From: Camelus dromedarius
Lineage: Eukaryota
Assembly (NCBI RefSeq): GCF_036321535.1
Contig: NC_087436.1
Coordinates: forward strand, 24,492,001 to 24,556,000
Reading direction: 5' to 3'
Length of the DNA stretch: 64,000 bases
The position numbers were made by a program, and so were the translations under genes. Positions 12,126 to 23,584 of the stretch are shown piece after piece. The notes under the pieces were generated by a model. It was given only the letters and a program-made list of their open reading frames with translations. It did not search any database and was not told the DNA's origin. Each line of letters starts with the position of its first letter. The stretch's first letter is position 1.

Positions 12126-13829
12126 TACCTCACTGCTTTATAGGAATAAATAATTCTTATCCTTATATTAGCCTTTACCAGAGAATTCAGATTATTTAGA
12201 TTCCAGAAATACAGTAGTGATTTGTAAAATCCCCCTGTTTGTCATCCCTTTATTTTCCTAATAAATTAAGCAAAAGTGGGCTAATCACTAAAATACAGAA
12301 TGTTTATTCTTTATTCTACCAAATACTACATAAATTGCTGTTCTAAAGCAACAGGCAAACTACAATATAAGTTCCTAAGAGTGCCAACCATCAGAGGGCA
12401 ATGATCAGGGACGGTTTAATGAAACACCTTCATTCAATAATCAGAATGCTGGGGGGGAATCCTAACATTGGAGACCCAGACTGATGGGGCTGACCATTCC
12501 AAGCAGTCCTAACAGCACGCAGATCACAGCAGAAGGACCTCTCTCCACACAATGTTTCTCTAGTTACCCAGCAATTCTAGAGTTTGCCCAAACCATTCGG
12601 CCTGTTAATAATTTCTCACAGTTAGTCTAAGCTTAGTCCTTTGAAGCAAAGGCTTGGCAAAAATGCTGATTAAAAGCAAAAGCTAAGCAAATGCCAGGAT
12701 TATCTGGATACACACCTGAGAAGCTGCTGGAGCTGACCAACCTTGAGCCCAAGGAAACCTCCAAGACTAAAAGCACACAAAACTGTAAAGGACAGACGTC
12801 ACAGGAAGGCATCACTGAAACAGCAATCCTATGCTGCCACCTACTGGCCGTGTGTTGAACCACCTCAGAAAGCTTAGCTCACTTGGCGACGAATATTCAG
12901 ACTTAAGAGTAGGTTCTTGAGTTATAAATGTGATCACTAAGACAAGTGAGTGAAAATATTTACAGGATAACCATTGACCTAAAACAGCTTATATGTGGAC
13001 AATCGACCTAAAACAGCTTGAATGTGGATATGTGGTATATTTAATATTTACTGAAGAAATCAATACTCACAGCCCCTACACTTCACAGCTACATGGAGCA
13101 GGCCCCAGTGGCTCCCCTTTTCTTACCCCTGGCCTGATTCTCTTACTTAAATCACTCTTGATATTTGAACTACAAGCCCTGTCCTTTACTCATTAGACTA
13201 AGCTCCAGAGGACAGGGCCTATATCTACCTTGTCTACCACTTCCCCAGATACCCAGCCCCGTGCTTCAACAATGTTGATCAAAGGATGGCAAACAACAGA
13301 GTGTCAAGGATCCTGTCAAACACTGGCAGAGCACTTGCTGAGACCCTCAAGAACTCCTTAGCTATTTTACAGATGAAGACACCGAGGCTCACAAATGACT
13401 TGTCCTGAGTCACTATTAAATGTAACCATCTTTCTGGAATTCTATAGTCAGGGCCCTCTCTTTGTGTTCTGTACCCATCAGCTAGAAAACCAAACAGTGC
13501 AACATGCCCCCACAGGTCCACCTGGTAAATGAATGGGACCACCTTCAAATTTTGTGTAGGAGTATGGACTTGTAGTGCAATAACTAATCCCTGGTTCTAA
13601 GAGACTGGATTCTAAGTGCCAATTTAGGAAAATACACTATTTTCTGGTGAAGGTCAAGTATCTTAGTCAGTGACCAGTCTTCAAATTTCATACTAATGAC
13701 TGACTAATGACTGGCAGGCCTGGAGTACTTGGCAGCTGGGTATGTTAGCTTGTGAAAGCCTTATGGCTAAAGCTGACTTTTCTCTGAGTCCAGTCTACAG
13801 CTCTAGAGGCAAAATGGTCTTAAACACAG

Positions 13830-14010
13830 GCATTGTGTTTAAGTTAGGCTTCTGAGTGGGTTTCAAATCCCAGCTCCTCTTACGAATCGGATCCTGAACA
13901 AATTATTTCCCTCTCTGTGACTCAGTTTCTTCAACTGGGGATCACTGTGACCTACTTCATCGAGTTGCTGAGAATTGAGTTAAACTATATATACTTAGCA
14001 CATCCTTAAG
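13830..14010 (+). mobile_element. MIR SINE fragment
   Basis: ggtttcaaatcccagctc...ctctgtgactcagtttcttcaactg MIR core. Confidence 0.65.
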
Positions 14011-14962
14011 TGGTAGCTAAATGTTACCTATTTTGTTAAGTTTGATGAAGCTGCTTTCTGGGTTTAAAGAGAAGCTATTAACATTTAAGAGCCCAGCATG
14101 TGTCACACTCTTTCCATCTATCTTCATTGCTCTTTCCAATACTCCAGTGAAATAGTTATTTGCCATTTTAGAGACATGGATACACAGGTTAAGCGATGAC
14201 ACAGTTCTGTAAGGATTGCACAACTGACAAAGGTCTGGCCCTGGAGAAGGCTGCTTGCACCTTGGACCACTGCTCATCAGCATCTCTGACTACTGATCCG
14301 AAGCCAGGACAACTGGATGGAGCCGAGCCAGGGGCACACACAGGAATAAACAGAGGTCGAATTCCACCTCCTGCATCTGCCAGGTCACTACCATCAGTCA
14401 CTGCCATTACAGCACACACATTGGCACAGCACAAAGTGTACAAAGCGGTGTAACGACCCACATGGCATTACTAGAGATATCAAGTGAAGGTCACGACTCT
14501 TAACCTAAAAATACAAGCTTCGAGACAGTGTGACAATCCCAGCGACCTTACTTTGCTAGGCAGCAGTCACAGACAAGAATGCCAAAGTGTTTTCTGGATA
14601 AGGCTGAGCTGTACCTTTAGTCATACCAGATTCTTCTAGAAGATATGGCTAAGGAAAAGGAAATCTCTCCCCATGAAAGCTCAGGTTAACACATTAAATT
14701 GGTGTTCAATTGTTACTTGGCTGGCCAAGCATCTCCACAAGCTGGGCTTTCCTAGCATAATGCCCTGGATGGATTGAAAAGGCAGAAACTAAAAGAATCT
14801 GGTGGGACAAGTGCTCTCCACAAAGACATCATCAGATCTGTGTTTCTATATGATGCCCATCACTAACATTTCTGGGGTACTCAAGAAGTGGCCAGGTTTA
14901 CAGCTATAAATAGAAATATGGGAGCTGAGGAATATTGCGCTGATAGTACAGAGTTCTTCCCT

Positions 14963-15253
14963 CTAGACTGGGGATCCGCAATCCCGTGAGCCATTCTGGC
15001 CGGTGCCCTGTATTTGTGCTGCTTGTGATCTTTCACATTTTTAAATGGTTGGAAAAAAAGTCATATTTCATGACAAGTGAAAAAATATTAAATTCAAATT
15101 TCAATGTCTATCGATAAGGTTTATGTATTGTCTATGGCTGCTTCCACACTACAGCAGCAGAGCTGAATAATGGTAACAGTTATTTGGCCTATAACGCCTA
15201 AAATATTTACTAGCTGGCTCTTTAAAGAGAAAGTTTGCAGACTCCTGCACTAG
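14963..15253. mobile_element. MER58B-like hAT MITE
   Basis: aaattcaaatttcaatgtc...tatggctgcttccacactaca...gcctaaaatatttactagctggctctttaaagagaaagtttgc. Confidence 0.7.
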
Positions 15254-15829
15254 ATTATACTTAAATGAGTTGTAGTTTGTACATACTTCACATAACCAAT
15301 GAACGATTCAGTCATTTAAAACAGGGAAAAACAATTTTCATATATAAATTTCGGTAGCCTTGCTTGAATAATTAAGGCACATGCAGGAATAGAATCATCT
15401 TTAAAAATCTGAAGTGAAACTGTCTGGGGTTTAAACATCTGTAGTCCAATGGCTCATTTTTAAAATGGGAATTGATATGTTGCATACAATCGCAACAGGT
15501 CACAGCTCATCGGGGATGAAGCGGAACATTACTCTTCCTAAGAACTTCCAGGAATAAAGTACACGTATTCAAATTTTTTTAAAGATGAAAACAGTATGTA
15601 AAATACGAAAAGAATGCCATCAATGGGTCAAAAATTCCAGCAAGACAGAGACAGGTTTCAATTAAGAGAGAAGCCAGAGTGGAGGAAAAAAGAGTACCAG
15701 CAACTAAAGGTAAATTAAATATGGTTCTTCCCAAGGGAGCTCTGAGTCCACAAAGACAAAGGGCAGGAGAGGCTGAGGGGCAACTAGTGGGGTATTTCTT
15801 TCAAAAATGGCCTTTGAAACAGCTGCACT

Positions 15830-16400
15830 AGTTCCGCCACCTCCCTTCCCACACAGACCGAAGCTGGCATGGGTGGCTTCTGCCCGTGGGATGGAACCAG
15901 AGGATCCTTCAGGGAATGGGCGACAAGCCTTGGAAGGGCTCCCAGGGGTGTTGGTCCGGAAGGAAAGCAGCAGACCAGGAGCTAACTCTGGACTCGGATA
16001 TTTAAAGAGCGGTTGGGGGTGGGGGACTAATCGTTGTATAGAGAAGGAAGCCTGCCTCGCTCGGGCAAAGGGGAAGGTGTCCAGCCTGCCCCCTTGGACG
16101 CTCCGCAGGAAGCCTGGCTGCCCCCGCCCCGCGCCCCGCCCACCTCGCCCGCCCACTTCAAGAGGCGCGAAACTGCTCTACCCTGGAGGAGCCGCATGAG
16201 GGAGACACGCATGCAACTATAGCAGGATATTATGGACACAAAAATGAGAGTACGCTTCTATGAAAAAAGAAGCGGAGAACTAGATAAAGTCCAGCAACTG
16301 TAAACGACCGCAAAATAGAAATATTCGGAAAACTTCACGAACCACGGAACAGATCCACACGGCCAACAGTCTAACGGGAGTTTAAACAACGTGACAACAG
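15830..16400. promoter_or_regulatory. Second CpG-enriched island in intron 1 with tandem GC boxes (16121-16156); candidate alternative promoter or enhancer
   Basis: CCCCGCCCC-type repeats, many CpGs, TATTTAAA at 15999-16006. Confidence 0.55.
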
Positions 16401-16620
16401 GAGATGACACAGTGGATAAAATAATCCAAGAAATAACAGAAATCTTTCCTGTGCTAAAGGATGGTATGTCTTTGACTGGGCTCACCTGACGATGAGACCG
16501 TTTATCCTGACAGAACTTTTGAACACCAAGGATAAGAAAAATCCTATAACCCTACAGAGACAATAACTACTCACAAAGAAATTTAAGTTCTGAGGAAAAA
16601 TATTTTTATTAATGGGCATG
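16230..16620 (+). mobile_element. Ancient L1/HAL1 ORF1-like fragment abutting the intronic CpG island
   Basis: aaataatccaagaaataacagaaatctttcct...aacaccaaggataagaaaaatccta resembles old L1 ORF1. Confidence 0.5.
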
Positions 16621-17353
16621 AGTTACTTCTGCAATTAAGAAAAATTTATTTTAAAACACTAACATGAAAATTTTCCAAACAAAACTCAGAATTAACTATT
16701 TGAGAAATTAATTCTGGAATACATCTCAGCCAACCTATCTGAACTATAAAATTTGAAAAAACATCTTCCTGAGCAAGTCCCTCAGTGACGGTTATTATCC
16801 ATGGAAGCCAAGCATAATGGAAATAGAACTATCATATCCAAGGTATGAGAATCTGCAAAGTAATTTTCTTGTTCCTGTACTGGGTGAGGTACTGAGTCCC
16901 AAGCTGGTTTGCAGATGGCAAATGGACCTGCCCCAGTCCTGGAAGCTCAGAGTTGCGGGAAAGGGTGGGGAAGGGAAGGGAGACTATGCACAAGACTAGG
17001 GCTCGGCGGGACATCATACTGCAGCTTTTCTGTACTGGGATTTTAGCTGCATGTAACTTTGTACTCATACTACTCCAATTCTGAGCAGGAAATTAAGATG
17101 GTTTTAAAAAACTTTCCTCTCTATCATAAATTTTCCTTTCAATCTCTCATAATCCAATAGCAGTCTAACTTCAGGGGGCAGGAGAATTAACACCTAAGAA
17201 AATTCTGAGAGGCTTCCAAGCACTTAGTAAAAACAAGCCTCCTCTCCTCTGCCCGGGCTACAAATCAGAACCAGCTGCTCAGGGCCCACTAGCACAAGCT
17301 AAAATTCAGAAGATCCAAGTGGGGCCCGGTCTTTTTAATAGTGTTGGGAGAAA

Positions 17354-17483
17354 CAGTCATCCCTAAGTTATCTGAGGGGGATTGGTTCCAGGACCCCTCC
17401 CCACAGATGCCAGAAGTCCCTCATATATAAGGATATAGTCAGTCCATGGTTTTCACAGACAGGGTTGGTTGGGAGGATGACTG
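17354..17483. mobile_element. Tigger/MER2-like MITE
   Basis: Terminal inverted repeats CAGTCATCCC / GAGGATGACTG; internal ggggattggttccaggacccc. Confidence 0.7.
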
Positions 17484-20400
17484 CATTTCACAGGGTCATT
17501 CAAATCTAACAGGAATAATTTTCTTTAGCCCACTTTCCCTGGGCACACCCCCACATCTGACACTGAACTCAGGGTAACTTATGTTTCAGGTGCTGTTTTG
17601 TAACCAAGTAGAAACAAGAGGGCAGCTAAGATTTTTGCTTGTGGTCTTACATCTTCCTGTGGGAAGGCTGATGCCCCCTTATAAGGATTTATATTCCAAG
17701 AAACCCAAAATATTTTATAGTTGCTTTTAAAAAATACAAGTGGGTTTACTATGCAGTCAAATACCCATGCACACCATCCTTCAAATTTCTAAGTATTCAA
17801 GTGTGAGGACCATCCAAGTGGTTATCAAGGTCCTATAAATCCTGATTAGAGTGACTCCTTAAATATATATGCTGCGAGCCTCCCTTCCTCCTCTTTCCAA
17901 GAGCCAGAATATACCCTCTTCACCTCTTTTTTAGCGAACAGCACAGGAACTGACATGCAATCACCTACCCACTCTAAAAGGGAGACAGCTACACGGATCC
18001 ACTCCCATCACTATGTCAGTGCCAAGTTTTGTCTCACTTTCACAAACCAATCATTTCCTTTCCTTGAAGTTCGCTTTTGTTGAGGTAAATGTTCTTGCTC
18101 AGGGGTCTCCTTAATTGTCTTAGGCCCTCAAGCTCAAAGATCTTAACACTCTTCCAGAATCCTCTGAGCTTCCAGAACTTTCCAGGAATAAGCACCTCTG
18201 GAAAGGAGGAGTGGAGATTTATAAACTAGTCCCTAGGCTTTTCAGAAAGAATCATCTGGGACACTTGTTAAATATACAACTTAACCAGGATTCCCTTCAG
18301 GAAAACTTGATTTAAACAGATAGGCCAAAGACCAGAAATGCGCATCTTAAAAAGCATCCCAGATGATTCTGGAAGTACCCCTTTCCCAACAGTTCATCAC
18401 TGCTCCCCTATCTGCCATCTTTCAGGCACATGGTCTCCTCTCCCTGACCTACTTGTCCTATTCAAAGAAAAGTTTTTCCCCACAAAGTCAGCCACACTGA
18501 TTTCTTTCTTCTCAACTTCCACAGCAATTAGTCAGGAGATGCAATGTAGTATCTGGACCTTTTAAATGAACTGTGTTCAGTAAAACTTGTGGGATCAATT
18601 GATACCAATTTACCTTATTTTTTCTAGGTAAAGTCCAGTAAGCAAGGTTAAATGATTTGCAAATGTTCATATAAGTGTGTTGAATGTGACTCTGGAGCCA
18701 TGCTTATTAATTCAAAAGCCCCCAATAATTCTATTTACTCTTACAGTTGGATGCTACAGCAAAATGATACCTTAGTTCTCCTACAAAGAAAGCAGTGTAT
18801 TTCAGTAGAAGCTTGGTAATTACAAGCTTTTCCATTTCTTCTCATAAGCAGCTTACTCATGTTGTTAAGGGACATACTAAATACAGCCGCCTCTTCAAAT
18901 GAGCTGGTACTTGCTTGTAAAATTGTACCAAGAAGAAAAGTAACATGTTCCAGTAGTGAACAGTAATTCAGCCAAATTTTTACTTTCTGAGGAAGGATCT
19001 GGAAGAAGGCGTTTATAAACCCACGGATGACTCCCGACCACATCTCACCCAGTACAACTGCTGCTTCTTTATGGGGGCTGCTGTCCTTCCCTTTGAAAAG
19101 CTATCCAAATACTGAGATCATCTCCAAGGTCCCCTTTAAATTCTAATAACCTAGTATTTGATAACTGCCAAGGGGCTGTACTCATCTTTCCCAGTGACTT
19201 CTGATTGCCAAGGGGCATAAATTAGGAATTGATTATCCAATGGAGTCAAGTGTTAGGATTTACTACCAAACCCTCCCCCAAAAGACTCTGGAGGGTAGAG
19301 TAGCTTTCAGCTCCCTGAAGGCTTCTCTAGCCAGATGTCTAAACTTACATGGGGCATATAATAATCTGGACTTTATTATTGTTATTTTGTTAAGAAATGT
19401 GTAATTTCAAAAATTCTACAGTAGGATTTATGAATCTGGATTTTTTTAAAGCACCTAAAGCTGGTTCTGAGGCTCTTTGGGAAATCAATTTCAAGGTACC
19501 TCTTCTCTCACCCTGCCACCTCCATGCCTCTTGCTTTCCAGTTGGTTCTTGGCTTTTCCCAAGTGAAGAAATGTTTTAATCTCTTTCAAGGCCCAGCTCA
19601 AACGCCAGCCACTTTTGAAGCCTAAAAAGATGACCATTGCAGAAAGGGAATTCCTGTCCTCCAGCACCTTTGTGCTATTTGCAAACCTTTAATTGTAAGA
19701 GAATGAAAGGTGTTTGATTTCATTAAATAGTCATTTCTTTCATCTCTTACTGGGCACTAAACTCCTTAGAGGCAGACTAAGTCTCATTCTTTTGCCTCCT
19801 ATAATAAAGCACCTACAGAATGAGACATCCTGTAAAGACTTTTTGAATGAATGATCAGGCAAATGAATTTATTCATGAGTTTCTTCCAACAAGTAGCTGC
19901 AGTGAAAACTGCATGAAACCAGAAAACTGCCTAAATGTTGTACTAACTGTCCACAGTGGTTGGACCATCAATTTTTGCAATTTCTTTATAAAACTAGGGG
20001 ATTTCAGGAGACTTTTAGAAAGTTCACTAAACTTTGTGTCAGAAGCCTAAGATTTAAAATGTTCTATCTGACCTGTTTCCTCAGCTAACATTAGAGCTAT
20101 CTGTATCTGTATTACACAAGCTATCTGTCCCCAGGATGAACCTACTGACTAACCTATTGCCTCTGAAAGACCTGGAGGGAATTTAGAGTAAGAGGTTAAG
20201 ATAATGAGATATGCTTCGGGAGACAGCAGCTAGTTTACTTTTTACTTCTCCCACTTCTAACCTAACAACGTTCCTCTTGAAAGTTTCCAGCAAGAAAAAA
20301 CACTAACAGCTATTAGATGGTACCTATCCTAAGTTATTTCACAATGTGCCAAATTCCTCTGGAACTGGAAAGAAAATCTCAATGTGAATGTCAAGTTCAT

Positions 20401-20769
20401 CCTTTTAAAGAATATAGTCTCCCAGTAACCAGTTTAAACATCCTAATCTTGGAAGTGTATCTCAACCTAAACATCTGTCAATAATCTAAGTAAAGTCTTG
20501 GCTTCAATCACATTTTGGATTATCACTTTCATGAATTAAAAAAGCCACATTGCACGCACTCGCTCTACTGCTCAATCTTTCCTTAAATTAATCCAAAACT
20601 TTTGGAGCAAACCGTAGTTATTTATAACCTAAGGTGCTCATACAGATGTCCTAAACACCAATAACCTAACTTGAGCACAACCGAAACACAATTTTTAGTG
20701 TGATGAATTACAAGTTTTGAAAGAGAAGTTTTACTCCTCATTTTAAAAGCATGACTAATTTGTCTGTAA

Positions 20770-20850
20770 ATGGTGGCGGCAGTAATGGGTCCGCCGGCAG
20801 AAACCGAGATGGCAAAAAAGGGAAAGTCCAGCGCACGTGAGGTATAAAAT
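20770..20850. promoter_or_regulatory. Intron 1 proximal element: NF-kB-like GGGAAAGTCC 20820-20829, E-box CACGTG 20834-20839, TATAAAA 20843-20849
   Basis: Locally CpG-retaining patch with clustered motifs about 600 bp into intron 1. Confidence 0.45.
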
Positions 20851-21229
20851 TGGCTCTTGGCAAACGGATGGCATCACCTTTACAAGATCTTAATCCCAGG
20901 TATACAGGGCTCAATGACACAAATATTAAGAGTGGAAGGCTCCCCAAAATTTCAAATCAATGTAAAAAGAGTCAATGCTCATTATAATACATTGGTAATA
21001 CGACATTTTTAAGGAATTCAGAATATCTAAGCCATAAGAGCCCCATGTTCAGATAAATGTAACTTTGGATTTTTTCATAGATTTTCCATCATTAGCGCAA
21101 TAAGAAATAAAACCAACACAAATAATTCCCGGCCTCGGAAGGGGGAAATTCAACATAGGTCAAGAGCGAGAGACACTGAAAGCACTGCATCCGAGGATCA
21201 AACGGGAAGCTACCACCGGGTTCCAGTCC

Positions 21230-22330
21230 TTACCAGACGCGGTTCAAGCCCCAGGCCAGGGCGGGCGAGGGCAGAGAGGTAAAGGGGAGCGGAGACGGCG
21301 GCTCGGGGACCAGGGGACCCGCTCCCCGGCCCGACCCCACCGCCCGGCAGCCCCCGGCTTCTCATTCATTCCGCGCCGTCTCCAGGTGGCGGCCAAACGT
21401 TGGCCGCAACCGCGTTCTCCGCCCAGAACCGCCGGGCACTCACCTGTTCGGGAGCAGCACCTCGCGACGCCGCGGGCCGCTGAGGCCGCCGCCAGTAGCC
21501 GGGGGGACGCGGGCCGGGGGGCGGTCGCGGGCGGGGGCGAGCGAAGGCGCGGTCGCGGGCCGGGCGGGCGACACAGGCCGGGCGCGTCCCTCTGCAGCAG
21601 GGCGGAGCAGAGCCGCCGCGGGCTCTGATACATGCCGGGCGCCGCCGCCACAACCGCCGCGGCCCCTCGCGTGCCCGACCGACCCGCGGGGCCCGGGCGA
21701 GGCGGGCGAGCCGAGCAGACTCTCAAGCCCGTCCAGACGGCGGCTCCCGGGCTCCTTCTCGCCCAGCGGCGGCCCGGGGGAGAGTCCTGAGCAGGCGAGC
21801 CAGAGATGAAGAGGCTGGAGCGGCGGCAGCTGCGGCCGCTGACTAGCTGTCTGCCGCCGGCCGGCGAGAGCCGGAGGGTAACCCGCGAGCGCAGCGCGCT
21901 GACAAAGCGGGTGCTACCAAGCGCTATCGGGAGGGGGATCCGCGGAACCCGAGCCCGGCGCGACCAGGCTGGGACTCCCAGAACCGGTGTGATACTGCTC
22001 TGAGAGGAAGCAGAGCTTAAGCTGCTCGTAGGGTGGAGGCCGTGGGAGGTTCCAAGTAACATGTATCCCTTGGAGCGGTTTTAAAGAAATGAGCCTCCCC
22101 TTCCGCTGGCTGGAATGGAAACGCCCACAGGCTGGGCCTCTCAAGACAGTTCCAGGGCTCTGGCCAGAGGACACGTGTGTGTCCCAGGGCAAGACAGGAT
22201 TTGAATGTGCTTGTGAGTGTACGTGTGAATCCGGCAACGGGCGTCCGCGTCCGGCCCTTTCGGCTGGATGTATTGCGTTAAACGAAATTAAGCACGATGA
22301 AGCTGGGACTGTGTGCGAGGGCGATGCTGG
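21230..22330 (-). promoter_or_regulatory. NOCT: NOCT CpG-island promoter, 5' UTR and exon 1
   Basis: Very GC/CpG-rich stretch spanning exon 1; exact TSS not determinable. Confidence 0.9.
21444..21633 (-). CDS. NOCT: Nocturnin coding exon 1 (MYQSPRRL...CCSRT; Arg/Pro/Ala-rich mitochondrial-targeting-like leader)
   Basis: ATG at 21633; 190 nt ending at CAG|GTGAGT donor (GT 21443-21442), phase 1; sequence resembles mammalian NOCT N-terminus; lies in a CpG island. Confidence 0.95.
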
Positions 22331-22343
22331 CTAGGAACACGTC
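22172..22343. promoter_or_regulatory. Promoter E-box cluster: CACGTG 22172-22177, TACGTG 22220-22225, CACGTC 22338-22343
   Basis: Motifs read directly; NOCT is a known CLOCK/BMAL1-regulated gene. Confidence 0.6.
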
Positions 22344-23584
22344 CCTTTCCTCAAGGATGTTATACTCAGGCCATGGGAGCCAAAGGTAGTGATAGAAATC
22401 AGACCTTACAGCTCTACAAGTAGATTGAGATTATTGCCATGGGGTGCCTCAGTTTGGCGATAAAGGTCGTAACAGGCCTGGGGTTTCTAGGAGGTGTATT
22501 AGAAGAATTGGCATTTGCGTTGGGCCATTACTTGGAGGCCTAGGATTTACACTTGTGGAATTTAGGAGGGGGAGTGGTGGTGATGATTTTTATACATGAA
22601 AAAAATAAGAAAGCCCTGGGTGTATTTGCGGAAACAACTCTTAGTTCTGTAGAATGGAAGCTAAGGAGTAAGAAGACAGATGCTCGGATAGGTTATACTG
22701 CGGAAGGCAGAGATCACACTAGACCTAATTTGGTAGGAAATGGTGAACTGTTCATGTTTTGTGAGCTGGGCAAGGATGTGACTTAGGGCTGTGTTTTAAT
22801 TGGTGGTCATGTATCACCGAAAAGGCAGGAGACAGTAGACCAAATGATATGAGAGATATTCTAGACCTGCATCTGGTACTGGGAAAGAATGAATGGAAGA
22901 AATATCTCAGATAGACTGGGCAGGAAGTGATGACTAACCAAGGATGGAAGCGGAGTGAGGGGGAAGGATACTCAAGACAAGATTCCTCTCTGAATGACTT
23001 ACAAGTTAGAAATGTTTTCTTGTTGGTTTTCCCATGATTTTGCTGATACTCCTGTCTTGTGGAGTTGGAAGCTTTTCACTACCAAGGATATTCAAAACAT
23101 TTTTCAGACCTGGGCTCAGATCTAACACCCAGAGGGTGTGGCTACGTCAACTGGCACAAACTGATCATAACTCCTGGGAGACAAGCTCCTTGGCAAGTTA
23201 CTAAGTCTCTTAGTTTCAGTTTCCTTATCTATAATAACGGATAGAATCATACCTTAGTCATTAGGTGAAGTCAAAGGTGATGATAAAATTAATCCATAAA
23301 AAGTGTTTTCTAAATATAGCAAAATGTTGAATTACAATCTATATGTGAGTTCACTTACAATTCTTTCTCTTTTCCATATCTTTGGAGAAATTCATAACGA
23401 AGTATTGGAAGAAAAGTGCTTTGAAAAATGAAAAGTACTGTTCAAATATAGACTGTCATTATTAAAAAGGATTCGAAGAACGTGCTGTCCTGAAAGTAGC
23501 TCAATAGTATTATTTTTGTTGTATGTTAAATACTGTACACCTTAAGCTATCAGAAAAATATAAAAGCTTTATTCACTTCAAAAA

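Noticed and set aside
15704..16239. 130-150 aa ORFs on both strands at the intronic CpG island
   Set aside because: Low-complexity Pro/Gly/Arg products expected from GC-rich DNA; no homology recognised
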